Assembly (NCBI GenBank): GCA_963727625.1
Contig: CAVSHR010000002.1
Span: 608,001-672,000, forward strand
Reading direction: 5' to 3'
Source of the DNA: an uncultured delta proteobacterium
Lineage (GTDB): Bacteria; Desulfobacterota; Binatia; UBA9968
DNA: 64,000 nucleotides
The position numbers and the translations under genes were made by a program. Within the stretch, counting starts at the first letter, position 1; every line of letters begins with the position of its first letter. The notes under the pieces were generated by a model. That model searched no databases. It saw nothing but the letters and a program-made list of their open reading frames with translations, and was not told the DNA's origin. Positions 1-9,835 of the stretch are shown one piece after another.

Positions 1-147
1 GACAATCTCGCACTGCTCGCAATCAATGCAGACTTCCGGGTCGACGTAGAATTGCGGCGCTCCAGGCGTCGTGTGAATGCAAGCGACCGGACAAACCTCA
101 ACGCAGGCGCCGTCGTTGGTGCATAGGCTGGTGATGATGTAAGGCAC
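1..147 (-). CDS. Ferredoxin (7Fe/dicluster-type), 5' part, runs off window start
   Basis: Not in ORF track. Manual translation from GTG at 147: MPYIITSLCTNDGACVEVCPVACIHTTPGAPQFYVDPEVCIDCEQCEIV; CxxxCP and CxxCxxC motifs; GAGG SD upstream. Confidence 0.9.
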   Translation of the reverse strand, partial: MPYIITSLCTNDGACVEVCPVACIHTTPGAPQFYVDPEVCIDCEQCEIV

Positions 148-168
148 ATAAACCTCGCTTTGCTCGGA

Positions 169-272
169 ATTGCGGATCTCAAATCTCAGATACAAGCATT
201 ACAACGCGCTTCTGATATCCAAATTTCGCATCGCATAATTCGCTATGAATTTTGTAATTTGAGATTTGCAAT
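169..272. repeat. Intergenic inverted repeat built on a 7-bp-like unit (AAATCTC)
   Basis: attgcggatctcaaat (169-184) vs atttgagatttgcaat (257-272), 14/16 complementary. Confidence 0.6.
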
Positions 273-281
273 CCCGAAGGG

Positions 282-863
282 TCAGTCCGGCGCAAGCGGC
301 AAATCGGTGCGGATGACATTGGCCAGGTGAACCTTGGTGCCGAATCGCGGCGTTACGAGTCTTCCCTCGTTATTCAGCGTTCCGAGGCCGGCTCGAGCGG
401 CGAGCTTTTCTGCGTTGGGATCAGGCGCGGCGGTGGCGCGAAACCCCAGCTCCCGGATCCAGGCGCTCAAGATGAACGTAATGAACAGGCCGTTTTGCAC
501 CGGGACCTGGCCGCCGATGCCCGGCGATGTGCGCGGGTCATAGTCGGCGTGCACCGCACAGATGACCGCGAAGGGATAGACTTCACCTTCACCATTGTCC
601 TCGGCGCTCAGCCGGACGATGCCCAACAGTTCGGCGCCAAAATACTCGGCCATTCCTTTAACATGGCTCGACGTAATTTCAGGCGTGTGCAGCTCGGTTT
701 TCGTCGGGAAAACATTGCCTTCGGCCGCCTTGCGGATCATCTCGGTGACCGTATTGGCGGTATCCGCGGGCGGCCGGTTGATGAAAAAATCCCAGTAGGG
801 ATCGTCCTTGTGAGATTTCTTCCCGAGCCAGGGTAATTTGAGTGGACCAAGTCGCAAGGCCAC
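282..863 (-). CDS. Reductive dehalogenase-like cobalamin-binding domain protein lacking the Fe-S domain
   Basis: VKGMAEYFGAELLGIV, IRELGFRA, AGLGTLNNEG, PRFGTKVHL, RTDLPLAPD parallel the upstream RdhA; stops just before the Cys motifs; GTG overlaps upstream TAG (TAGTG). Confidence 0.75.
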   Translation of the reverse strand: MALRLGPLKLPWLGKKSHKDDPYWDFFINRPPADTANTVTEMIRKAAEGNVFPTKTELHTPEITSSHVKGMAEYFGAELLGIVRLSAEDNGEGEVYPFAVICAVHADYDPRTSPGIGGQVPVQNGLFITFILSAWIRELGFRATAAPDPNAEKLAARAGLGTLNNEGRLVTPRFGTKVHLANVIRTDLPLAPD

Positions 864-2179
864 TAGGCGTCTCGTTTTACGAATCGGTTGGTGTTTTCTT
901 TTAGCGGCGCGTAGAAGCCGACGTTCCCCGCAACGGCGCTGTTGGCGCTCTTCTCATGCGAGGCGTTACAGCCGGCCACGGTGCAGGCGTGCTCGCCGGG
1001 CTTGACGCCCGAATCATAGCCAAGCCAGCGCACGCGATTGTTGCGCACCACGCCCCAGTAACGGTCGTCGACCCACTTGAGAAAGCGGACCAGCGAGGGC
1101 CGTGTGAAAAAGGGGCAAGCATGAAGCAGCGACACCGTCATTGTATGCCACCACAGGTTCGGCTTGGTGAACGGGCAGACCGCCGCGCAGGTGAGGCAGC
1201 TGCCCCAGTGGTCGTGCACGTAGGGCCGGAGCTTGTAGCAGGTGAGCCAGTTAATCTTGTATTTTTCGATGCCGTTGTGGACGACTTTGTCGCCGAACGG
1301 GATGCTGTTGGTCGGGCAGGTGTTGGCGCACTTGCGGCAAATTTTGCAGAAGTCCTCGACGCCGATGTCCACCGGCTCGTCGGCCACCAGCGGTAAATCG
1401 GTCATGATCGGGTCCGGCATGTGCACGCGTGCGCCAAAATTCTTGTTGATGACAAGGCCGTTGCGGCCGAGCTCGCCGATGCCGCCGGCCACGCCCGCGG
1501 CTTGCGGCGTGACGACTCCTCGGAGCGCCGTGTAGCCGAGCTCCTTGATGTAGCCTTCGAGCGCCTTGAGCACCATCACGGCTTTCATTTGCGAAATGTG
1601 ATACGCGGCGTCGCCGATGTAGTGGCGGTGCGCCTGGAGCTTGTTGTAGTCCCACGCGGTGGTTGCTTGGATGATGTAGGGAAACTTGCGCGCCAGCTGT
1701 TCCGGCGAATTATCTTGGAATTCGTCTTTCGCCGTGCCGTCCTGAACGTAGCGGCCGCCGCCGGCGGCGTAAAGATAGGACGGATGCGCCTTGGCGACAC
1801 CGACAACGTCGGCACCCATGAAGAGGGCGACCGACTTGATATGTCGCGCCATTGCCGCCGGATCGTCCACCGCCACTCGCTGGGGATTGACTTTGCCGTT
1901 GCTCGACCGGTTGATCACGTTGGTGAGAAAGTGCCTGCGGTCGGCGAAGTGATTCGGCGCCGCAACCCGGGTCAACGGATCTTTGGAAACCGTATTGCGG
2001 TACCAGTTGAAGAGCGGCTTGCCGAGCTCGCCGCGGGCATTTTTCGGATGGGGCGACTGGTTCATATCGACATTGACATGGGGCCCGACGAGTCGCACCG
2101 AGCGTCCGAGATAGGGCGGTGAAAATTCACTGCCGCGGTTTTCGGGCTCCGGTTCTTGTAGAATCTCAGCTTTGGACAT
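863..2179 (-). CDS. Reductive dehalogenase family protein (cobalamin, 2x Fe-S), no Tat signal
   Basis: IKSVALFMGADVVGVA, GIGELGRNG, TDLPL, FCKICRKCANTCP, C-x10-CLTCAAVCP; QueG RYAxGxDYH motif absent. Confidence 0.85.
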   Translation of the reverse strand: MSKAEILQEPEPENRGSEFSPPYLGRSVRLVGPHVNVDMNQSPHPKNARGELGKPLFNWYRNTVSKDPLTRVAAPNHFADRRHFLTNVINRSSNGKVNPQRVAVDDPAAMARHIKSVALFMGADVVGVAKAHPSYLYAAGGGRYVQDGTAKDEFQDNSPEQLARKFPYIIQATTAWDYNKLQAHRHYIGDAAYHISQMKAVMVLKALEGYIKELGYTALRGVVTPQAAGVAGGIGELGRNGLVINKNFGARVHMPDPIMTDLPLVADEPVDIGVEDFCKICRKCANTCPTNSIPFGDKVVHNGIEKYKINWLTCYKLRPYVHDHWGSCLTCAAVCPFTKPNLWWHTMTVSLLHACPFFTRPSLVRFLKWVDDRYWGVVRNNRVRWLGYDSGVKPGEHACTVAGCNASHEKSANSAVAGNVGFYAPLKENTNRFVKRDA

Positions 2180-2208
2180 ATGACGCCCTCCGTTTGATTA
2201 AAAGGATC

Positions 2209-2290
2209 AGGGATGAAGGCGGTAGGAATAATTAGGGAATGGAAAGTGAAATCCCAGTCGCTTTATCCTTCATCCCTTTACCTTCATCCT
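2209..2290. repeat. Inverted repeat with CCTTCATC units, possible hairpin between glcG-like and rdhA-like genes
   Basis: agggatgaagg (2209-2219) / ccttcatccct (2267-2277); extra ccttcatcct at 2281-2290. Confidence 0.6.
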
Positions 2291-2685
2291 TGATAAGATG
2301 CCAGCGCCACCTCGGCGCATGTTTGGTCTTGATCGTCCGTGCCTCCGGCCACGGCAATCGCGCCGACGACATTGCCGCCTTCGACGATCGGTAGCGCGCC
2401 GCTGCCCGGCATAATCTTGCCGTTGCTCGAAACCACCAAACTTTGGAACCAGGTTTGCCCAGCCACGCCGGCCAACTCCTTGGTCGGCTGCTGGAAGCTA
2501 GCCGCGGTGTAAGCCTTGTTAAGAGCCATTTCTACGGTAATCGGCCGCGCCTTGTCCATCCGCCCGAGCGCGATCATGCGCCCGCTTTGATCGACGACCG
2601 CTGCGGTTACCGCGATGTCCAATTGCGCCGCCTGAGTGTGGGCGTTGCGCACCATTTGGATCGCCTTTTCTCCCGGGATTGCCAT
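2284..2685 (-). CDS. GlcG/HbpS family heme-binding protein
   Basis: AAVVDQSG, RMDKA, ALNKAYTAASF, GALPI, GAIAVAGGT..QD. Confidence 0.9.
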   Translation of the reverse strand: MAIPGEKAIQMVRNAHTQAAQLDIAVTAAVVDQSGRMIALGRMDKARPITVEMALNKAYTAASFQQPTKELAGVAGQTWFQSLVVSSNGKIMPGSGALPIVEGGNVVGAIAVAGGTDDQDQTCAEVALASYQG

Positions 2686-3087
2686 GATCGTTTGCCAGCC
2701 TCCTCGATGTCTAAATCGTTCCTAGTTTAGCAGAGAAGAGGTCTGTTTCGTCAAGCGCAATCTTCGGCGGGGGAAACCGGCGGCGAAAAATCGCTTCGCT
2801 GAAGGCCCTTCGACGGGCACCGCAAGGGGAGGCAATTAGCAGCCATTTGCCAAAGCCGCCTGATTAACCCCTTAACCGGGCAACCTCCAACTTTGCCTCA
2901 TGACCGGAATTTTTGACCTCTGCGTTGAGTTAGCGCATTGCCGTAGGCTAGGATGACGGGGGCGTTGCCAACGATGTTTGCGTTAGACCAGCTAAGCTGA
3001 GGCAACAGTCCGGAACGTGGCGGAGGGCATGGCCAAAGTCTATAAGCAGGAAAGGGCGCGTTTGATCGGAATCGCGTTATCATTGGC

Positions 3088-3978
3088 ATGATGGAAAGAA
3101 TCAGAGTCGCTTCATTACAGTATTTTATACGGCCCGTGCAAACCTTCGACCAGTTTCGCGATCAGGTGGACGCGTTGGTCGAAACCGCCGCGGATTATGA
3201 CTGCAATCTCTTGGTGTTTCCGGAATATTTCACGGTCCAGTTGTTGACTCTGGGCAACGTCAAACGGCCGATTCGCGAACAGATTCGAGATTTGGCGCGT
3301 CAGGGACCGCAGTTTCTCTCTTTGATGAGCGAACTCGCGCGACGACATCACCTCTACGTCGTGGCCGGCACGATTCCGGTTGCAGAGGCAGGTACGGACA
3401 AGATTTATAACCAGTCGTTTTTCTTTGGACCGAGCGGCGAATACGGCGTGCAGAGCAAGCTTCATATGACCCGTTTTGAAACCGAAGATTGGAGAGTTTC
3501 CGCCAGTTTCGGGTTTAAGGTTTTTGACACCGAGTTCGGCAAAGTCGCCGTGGCGATTTGCTACGATGTCGAATTTCCCGAGTTTGCCCGCGCTGCGGCG
3601 CGCGCGGGCGCTAACATTCTCGTCGTGCCCAGCTGCACCGATGAGCGACAAGGTTTCTTGCGGGTGCGCTACTGCGCCCAGGCCCGCGCCATCGAGAATC
3701 AGATGTACGTGATTACCTCGCACACGGTGGGTTCTCTCCCCATGGTGCCGGCGGTTTCGCTCAACTACGGGCAAGCAGCGATTTTGACGCCGAGCGATTT
3801 TTCTTTCTCACGCGACGGCATCTTGGCCGAGGGGAATCCCAATCAGGAGATGATGGTCATCGGCGAATTGAACCTTCAAACCATCGTCGACTCGCGAACA
3901 AGCGGCACGGTTTTACCGCTGCACGACAGCCGCAATACCCTGGACATTCTAGCCGCGATGGAAGTGGTTTCCCTGTGA
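3088..3978 (+). CDS. Carbon-nitrogen hydrolase (nitrilase superfamily)
   Basis: Catalytic triad in VFPEYF (E), QSKLHMT (K), ICYDVEFPE (C); ARAIENQ. Confidence 0.92.
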   Translation: MMERIRVASLQYFIRPVQTFDQFRDQVDALVETAADYDCNLLVFPEYFTVQLLTLGNVKRPIREQIRDLARQGPQFLSLMSELARRHHLYVVAGTIPVAEAGTDKIYNQSFFFGPSGEYGVQSKLHMTRFETEDWRVSASFGFKVFDTEFGKVAVAICYDVEFPEFARAAARAGANILVVPSCTDERQGFLRVRYCAQARAIENQMYVITSHTVGSLPMVPAVSLNYGQAAILTPSDFSFSRDGILAEGNPNQEMMVIGELNLQTIVDSRTSGTVLPLHDSRNTLDILAAMEVVSL

Positions 3979-4670
3979 GCCTGGCCAAATCCAAGATCAT
4001 CGTGCGCAATACGCGGCCGGAGGATTTCCCCGGTATCGCCGAGCTGAGCCGCCAGGTTTACGCGGACAGCCCACCTTGGAACGATGCCTTGCTATCGTCC
4101 CACCTGGAGGTGTTTCCCGAGGGCCAGTTCGTCGCGCTGGAAGTCGAGACCGGTCGGATCGTGGGAATGGCGGCCAGCTTGATCGTGCTTTGGGATGATT
4201 ACGACCTCGACATGGATTGGCTTGCGTTTACCAATAGCGGCTGGTTCACCAACCACGACCCCGAGCGCGGCCGCACGCTTTACGGCGCCGAGGTGATGGT
4301 GCAACCCAATATGCAGCGACGCGGCATCGGAAAAAAAATCTATCATGCGCGGCGCGAATTGGTGCGGCGGCTGGGCCTTTTGCGCATCCGCGCCGGTGCC
4401 CGATTGCGCGGTTACCATCGCTACGCCCATCGGATGTCCGCGGAGGAGTACGTCGCCCGCGTGGTTCAGCGCCGGATTTCCGATCCGACTTTGACCTTTC
4501 AGCTGCGCGAAGGCTTTGAAGTCATCGGCGTCGTCGCGAATTATTTGCACCAAGATCCAGAGAGCCGCGGCTACGCCGCCATCATCGAATGGCTAAATCT
4601 CGAAGTTGCCACGCCTGACGATTTTCGCGCGCGCAATCCGATTTACATTCGCAGCGCGCCGATTGCGTAA
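3975..4670 (+). CDS. GNAT family N-acetyltransferase, partner of the C-N hydrolase
   Basis: FPEGQF, LYGAEVMVQPNMQRRGIGKKIY acetyl-CoA motif, DPTLTFQL; GTGA overlap with upstream gene. Confidence 0.88.
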   Translation: MSLAKSKIIVRNTRPEDFPGIAELSRQVYADSPPWNDALLSSHLEVFPEGQFVALEVETGRIVGMAASLIVLWDDYDLDMDWLAFTNSGWFTNHDPERGRTLYGAEVMVQPNMQRRGIGKKIYHARRELVRRLGLLRIRAGARLRGYHRYAHRMSAEEYVARVVQRRISDPTLTFQLREGFEVIGVVANYLHQDPESRGYAAIIEWLNLEVATPDDFRARNPIYIRSAPIA

Positions 4671-5006
4671 TTGCACCGATTTGTCGGAATCGAAAGAGGT
4701 TTTCGCCAAGTGATCTTAGGAGCGCCGATGGGAACAGTAGGACGGTTTGACCAGGTGGCAATCGGCCATCCTCGAATTAAGTCGCGTTTTCCACGCGGCA
4801 CCGACGCCGGAGATTGTCTTTGTCGTTGCATGCAGCCGTTGCGGCTGCGCCGGCTCGATCGCTCAAGCGCGCTGTTCATGGCGCTGCCCGAAGCGCCGAT
4901 CGCGAGCGCCGGGATCTGCGGTCGGATGTTTTTTGCCGGGATGTTTCGTGCTTACATCCACCCGATTCAGTCAATTCAGTTGGCCGGCGACAAGCAAAGG
5001 TAACCC

Positions 5007-5894
5007 ATGGAAACCCTCCACGAAATCTTGGTTCGACTCAAGCTTCTTTTAGACACGCCGCTTGTGCCCATCGGTGGGACTAATTTCACCCTGTCGATGT
5101 TGCTCTATTTGATCATCTTGCTGGTTTTACTGGTCTACTTCAGCGGGCGATTGAAATTCTGGCTGGTCGACCGGCTCTTGGCACACACCAGCGTGGACAT
5201 CGGCGTCCGCCAAGCGGTCGGCTCGATCCTCCGCTACGTCATCATCGCCGTCGGGTTCGTGGTCATTTTGCAAACCTCCGGGATTGATTTGAGCGCACTG
5301 ACGGTGCTGGCCGGCGCCTTGGGCATCGGCGTCGGCTTGGGGCTCCAGAATGTCGCGAGCAATTTTATCAGCGGGTTGATTATCCTTTTCGAACGGCCGA
5401 TAAAAGTGGGAGACCGGGTCGAGGTCGGCGGAGTCACCGGCAATGTCGTGCAGATTTCGCCGCGGGCGACCACTGTGGTCTCCAACGACAACATCGCGAT
5501 CATCGTGCCCAACTCCGATTTTGTGACCTCTTCGGTGATCAACTGGAGCTACACGGATCGCGATGTGCGCTTCAATATTCCGGTCGGGGTCTCTTACAGT
5601 TCGGACCCGCAGGACGTGAAAAGGCTGCTGCTCGAAGTCGCCGCGGAGCACCCCGGCGTTTTAAAGCAGCCCCAGCCGGATGTGTTATTTCAAGAATTTG
5701 GCGACAGCTCCTTGAATTTCGTGCTGCGAGTTTGGACGCGAGATTACACTTCTCGACCGGGCGTCATCCGCAGCGATCTCAATTATGCGATCAGCGATAA
5801 ATTCAAGGAGCGCGGCGTCGAGATTCCATTTCCGCAACGAGACCTGCATATCCGCAGCAGCTCGGTGGATTTTTCGGCACCGACGCAGCGTTAA
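5007..5894 (+). CDS. Small-conductance mechanosensitive channel (MscS family)
   Basis: GALGIGVGLGLQNVASNFISGLIILFERPIKVGD, IIVPNS, FGDSSLNF, IPFPQRDLH. Confidence 0.93.
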   Translation: METLHEILVRLKLLLDTPLVPIGGTNFTLSMLLYLIILLVLLVYFSGRLKFWLVDRLLAHTSVDIGVRQAVGSILRYVIIAVGFVVILQTSGIDLSALTVLAGALGIGVGLGLQNVASNFISGLIILFERPIKVGDRVEVGGVTGNVVQISPRATTVVSNDNIAIIVPNSDFVTSSVINWSYTDRDVRFNIPVGVSYSSDPQDVKRLLLEVAAEHPGVLKQPQPDVLFQEFGDSSLNFVLRVWTRDYTSRPGVIRSDLNYAISDKFKERGVEIPFPQRDLHIRSSSVDFSAPTQR

Positions 5895-6126
5895 GGGATG
5901 GCAAGGAAGCCGCAGGTTCGATAAGGGTCGTGCCCGGCGTCACCGCCGTTAGCCGCGGTTTCTGGAGGGGGCGAGCATCGAGGGCAACGAGCACTTGAGT
6001 TTTATTGCAATGATGCGGACCGATCGATCGAGCTGCTTATCGTCAGATTCAACGGCCGAATTACTTGCGTTGTCGGCGGGGTTTAGATAATCCCCCAGCG
6101 TCAGGACTTTTGGGAGCGATGAAGTC

Positions 6127-6555
6127 ATGCCTGAAAAAAAATATCTCGTCCCGATCGACTTTTCGAAAAGCTCGGTGAGCGCCTTGCGCTACGCCGCCCG
6201 GTTGGCAAGCGCCGGTGAAAACAGCTCGTTACTGGTGCTCCATGTGATGACGCAACCGGCGGGGCTGGTGCCTTTCTATTTGCGAAAACAATTTTATGGG
6301 GAACTAGAACACGAGGCGCGAAAGAAACTTGCCGCGCTACTCAAACGAAAATCGATAGCGCAGGTCAAAAGCGCGATCGTGATTGTCCGCGCCGCCGACG
6401 CCGCCCGGGCCATCGCGCGCCAGGCGAAAAGATCGCGAGCGGCCATGATTGTCATGGGAAGCCAAGGACGGACCGGGATTAAGAGGCTGATTTTGGGAAG
6501 CGTGGCGGAAAAAACCGTAGGCACGGTGGCCTGCCCGGTCCTGATCGTTAAATAA
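6127..6555 (+). CDS. Universal stress protein
   Basis: LVPIDFS, IVMGSQGRTG, LGSVAEK, CPVLIVK. Confidence 0.93.
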   Translation: MPEKKYLVPIDFSKSSVSALRYAARLASAGENSSLLVLHVMTQPAGLVPFYLRKQFYGELEHEARKKLAALLKRKSIAQVKSAIVIVRAADAARAIARQAKRSRAAMIVMGSQGRTGIKRLILGSVAEKTVGTVACPVLIVK

Positions 6556-6716
6556 CCGGGCCGGGCGATCGGCTCCAAATTCTTCGGCCACCGGATCGAC
6601 AACGGCGGTGAAGTCATGCTTGTGCCGGAACAAGGCGCCCTGGCGCCTTCCGTACGGGGTCCGTGCCGGCTGTCTTTACGATTGACTGAGATGATCTATA
6701 CAGTTAAACAAAAAGG

Positions 6717-9050
6717 GTGACACAAACGCCCGCCGCCGATTCTGCCCCGGGTACACTTGGGACTTTTGCGGGCGTGTTTACGCCCAGCATTCTCACCATT
6801 CTCGGCATCATCCTCTTTCTCCGCTTGGGCTTTGTCGTAGGCAGCGCCGGCCTGGGTCGGGCCCTGCTGATTATCGGCCTTTCGGCGGCCATCGCGATTC
6901 TCACGACGGTTTCACTTTCCGCCGTGGCCACCAATATCAAGGTCAAGGGCGGCGGAGACTACTATCTCATCTCGCGCACCCTGGGAGTCGAGTTTGGCGG
7001 CGCCATCGGCGTCGTGCTGTTTCTCGCCGATTCCGTGTCGATCGCTTTCTACGCTGTCGGTTTTGCCGAGGCGGTCAACGCGATCGTCCCTGCCGGTGGG
7101 CACTTGCCGGTTCCCATCATCGCTGCTCTCGCAGTCGGGTTCCTTTCTATTTTCGCCTGGCTCGGCGCGGACTGGGCGACTCGCCTTCAATACGCAATCA
7201 TGAGCGTCGTCGCGGCGGCGCTGCTATCCTTTTTCTATGGCGGCTTGCTCCATTGGGACCGCGCTCTTTTTGCTCAAAACTGGACCGGCGCCGGTCCCGA
7301 TTTGGGTTTTTGGCCGCTCTTTGCGATTTTTTTTCCGGCAATTACCGGGTTTACCCAAGGCGTGAACATGTCCGGTGACCTCACCAACCCGGGGAGAAGC
7401 CTGCCTCGCGGAACGTTTGCGGCTGTGGGGTTATCGCTCTTGGTTTATTTTGGCGCTGCGCTTGTGCTTGCAGGAAGCCTGAGCGGCTCGGTGCTGGTCA
7501 ACGACTATCACTCGATGAAGCGCATTGCTCAATACGGCTGGCTGATCGACGCCGGCTTGATCGCAGGTACTTTATCTTCGGCGATGGCTTCTTTTCTCGG
7601 TGCGCCGAGAATTCTTCAGTCTCTGGCGAATGACCGTATCTTTCCGATGCTATCTCCTTTCGCGGCGGGCGAAGGGCCGAGCAATAATCCGAGGCGCGCG
7701 GTTCTCCTGTCCGGACTGATTGCATTGGCGATTATGTTCATGGGCAATCTAAATTTCATCGCCTCGGTCGTTTCGATGTTTTTTCTGATCACCTACGCGC
7801 TTTTGAACTATGCGACTTTCTACGAGGCCAAGGCGGCGAGCCCGTCGTTTCGCCCGCGCTATCGGTTCTTCCATCCGCGCTTAAGTCTTTTGGGAGCGCT
7901 TGCCTCGCTAGGCGCGATGATCGCCATCGATCCGCCGGCCAGCGGCGTCGCGGTCGCTGTGCTGTTCGCAATCCATCAATATCTAAAACGCACAGCGGGA
8001 CCGGCACGTTGGGCCGACACTCGGCGGTCTTATCAGTTTCAGCTTGTGCGGGAAAATTTGCTGGCGATGGCGCCCGAGTCCGATCATCCGCGCGACTGGC
8101 GACCCTGCATCCTCGCATTTTGCGACGATCCGTCGAGGCGTGGGCGGCTTCTGAGATTCGCCTCGTGGATCGAGGGAGGAAGCGGGCTGACAACGGCAGT
8201 CAACATGATCGAAGGTGAAGACGAAAAAGCGCTGCAGCTGCGCGACAAAGCTGCCGAGGAAATCCAGCGGTACATTGCTGAACACGAGTTGCAAGTGTTT
8301 CCCCGCGTCATTGTCACGCCCGAGTTCCGCGGCGGTGTTGAAACGCTCATTCAATCGTTCGGAATCGGCCCTATTCGGGCCAATATGGTGCTGTTGAGTA
8401 GCCGCGAGCAGCTTCCGGCCATGGTGGAAAGCGATGATCAAATTCGTTACGGACGGGAACTCCACGAGGCGATACGCCTGCGCTGCAACGTCGTCGTGCT
8501 CGATGCCGAGGCTGAGGAATGGTCCAGGGTGGAGAGTCTAGAAGGTTCCGATCTGCGAATCGACGTTTGGTGGTGGGGCGACCGGACGAGTCGTCTCATG
8601 CTGCTTCTCGCATACTTGATGACTCGCAGCGAGCAATGGAGCCAAGCCACCGTCCACGTTTTCGTGCCAAGCTCACCGCTGGCGTCCGAAAAAACTCTTG
8701 TGAGCGTTCGCCACATGCTCCAGGAGATTCGCATCGACGCGGAGCCCGAAGTGGTATTCGAAGTCGACGCGGATGCTGTGGTGCGCCATTCAGAAACCGC
8801 TAGTCTGGTTTTCTTTCCGCTTCGTTTCCGCGAATTAGGTTTATTGACCGCACTGGGAGACCAAGCGAGCGTAGGGGGCTTCGTCAAGCGCCTGCCCATC
8901 GTGGCGCTCACGCTGGCAGCCGAGGACATCGATCTCAGCGCCGGTCCCGACGAAGGTAAGCTGGCGGAGGTTGCAGCGGCGCTTGACGCGGCAAGGGAGA
9001 CGGAAGTGGCTGCGCTTAAGGCGGAAAAAGAGGCGCAACGGAAACTTTAG
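6717..9050 (+). CDS. Cation-chloride cotransporter (SLC12/CCC-like) amino acid permease family protein
   Basis: LGTFAGVFTPSILTILGIILFLR, GGGDYYLISRTLGVEFGGAIG, FFPAITG..NMSGDL, WRP; multiple TM helices plus soluble C-terminal domain. Confidence 0.88.
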   Translation: MTQTPAADSAPGTLGTFAGVFTPSILTILGIILFLRLGFVVGSAGLGRALLIIGLSAAIAILTTVSLSAVATNIKVKGGGDYYLISRTLGVEFGGAIGVVLFLADSVSIAFYAVGFAEAVNAIVPAGGHLPVPIIAALAVGFLSIFAWLGADWATRLQYAIMSVVAAALLSFFYGGLLHWDRALFAQNWTGAGPDLGFWPLFAIFFPAITGFTQGVNMSGDLTNPGRSLPRGTFAAVGLSLLVYFGAALVLAGSLSGSVLVNDYHSMKRIAQYGWLIDAGLIAGTLSSAMASFLGAPRILQSLANDRIFPMLSPFAAGEGPSNNPRRAVLLSGLIALAIMFMGNLNFIASVVSMFFLITYALLNYATFYEAKAASPSFRPRYRFFHPRLSLLGALASLGAMIAIDPPASGVAVAVLFAIHQYLKRTAGPARWADTRRSYQFQLVRENLLAMAPESDHPRDWRPCILAFCDDPSRRGRLLRFASWIEGGSGLTTAVNMIEGEDEKALQLRDKAAEEIQRYIAEHELQVFPRVIVTPEFRGGVETLIQSFGIGPIRANMVLLSSREQLPAMVESDDQIRYGRELHEAIRLRCNVVVLDAEAEEWSRVESLEGSDLRIDVWWWGDRTSRLMLLLAYLMTRSEQWSQATVHVFVPSSPLASEKTLVSVRHMLQEIRIDAEPEVVFEVDADAVVRHSETASLVFFPLRFRELGLLTALGDQASVGGFVKRLPIVALTLAAEDIDLSAGPDEGKLAEVAAALDAARETEVAALKAEKEAQRKL

Positions 9051-9210
9051 GCGAGGGCAGAACCGCAATCCGAGGCGGCCGCCGCCGCAGCGCTCACCGT
9101 TGGGCCGCGGATTAAAAAATAGCGCGGGAAAATTTGCGTCCGGTTTGGCGGCGCCCTCATGGCTGCGCCGGTCCACCGGCGATCGCTCGGTTCATCAGGG
9201 GGAGGTTGTT

Positions 9211-9696
9211 ATGTATTTTCGCACGTTACTGATCGTCATCGTTTTGGGCGCGCTCGCGTCTTTCGCGATGCTTAACTGGGGCGTTATCATGACCCCGACG
9301 ACGCTCTCGCTTGCTTATGCCGATGTCGAAGCGCCGCTCGGCTTGATTCTCCTGGCCTCGACCGGCGTGCTTACGCTGCTGTTTCTCGTCTACCTGGTTT
9401 ATTTGCAATCGTCCGCGCTAGTGGAGAGCCGGCGTTACGCGCGTGAGCTGCAGGCGCAAAAGGAAATCGCCGAGAACACCGAAGCCTCGCGCTTCAGCCA
9501 GTTGCAGGCGTACCTGGAAACCGAGCTGCGACAATCGGCAGCGCAGAGTTCGGAGTTCAAGACCGCCGTGCTCGCCAGACTCGATGATCTCGACCGCGAA
9601 ATGCGCGCAACGATCGAACAGTCGAGCACTAGTCTCTCCGCTTACCTCGGCGAGATCGAAGATCGCTTGGAGCGCACGGCGGGCGGAAAGAGCTAA
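9211..9696 (+). CDS. LapA-domain membrane protein with coiled-coil tail
   Basis: ATG at 9211 after GGAGG; two TM segments (FAMLN..., APLGLILL) then helical tail. Confidence 0.7.
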   Translation: MYFRTLLIVIVLGALASFAMLNWGVIMTPTTLSLAYADVEAPLGLILLASTGVLTLLFLVYLVYLQSSALVESRRYARELQAQKEIAENTEASRFSQLQAYLETELRQSAAQSSEFKTAVLARLDDLDREMRATIEQSSTSLSAYLGEIEDRLERTAGGKS

Positions 9697-9835
9697 TTGT
9701 GGAAGGAGGATGCGCTCGCGGACGGACCCGCAGTCGCGGTGCATTTTACAGCAAGCTCTCTTGGGCGACCTGTCGCTCGGCGGAAGGGGAATAAAACCGG
9801 AGCGCTGGTTTGACTGAAGGAGGAGGAGCGGATTC

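Noticed and set aside
863-2179. Epoxyqueuosine reductase QueG as an alternative call
   Set aside because: Lacks the QueG RYAxGxDYH motif; N-terminal GADxVG and GELGRNG patterns fit RdhA-like proteins better.
2225-2262. AGGGAA...GTGAAATCC resembling a cobalamin riboswitch core near the B12-dependent rdhA-like gene
   Set aside because: Wrong strand for the operon, no B12-box/GCCACTG elements, and the segment is the loop of a repeat-derived hairpin.
9048-9122. TAG ending the CCC transporter is followed by an in-frame Ala-rich stretch (ARAEPQSEAAAAAALTVGPRIKK); possible pyrrolysine or read-through
   Set aside because: Lies in a low-complexity tail, not a catalytic site; no pyl genes in the window; a simple stop or nonsense change explains it.
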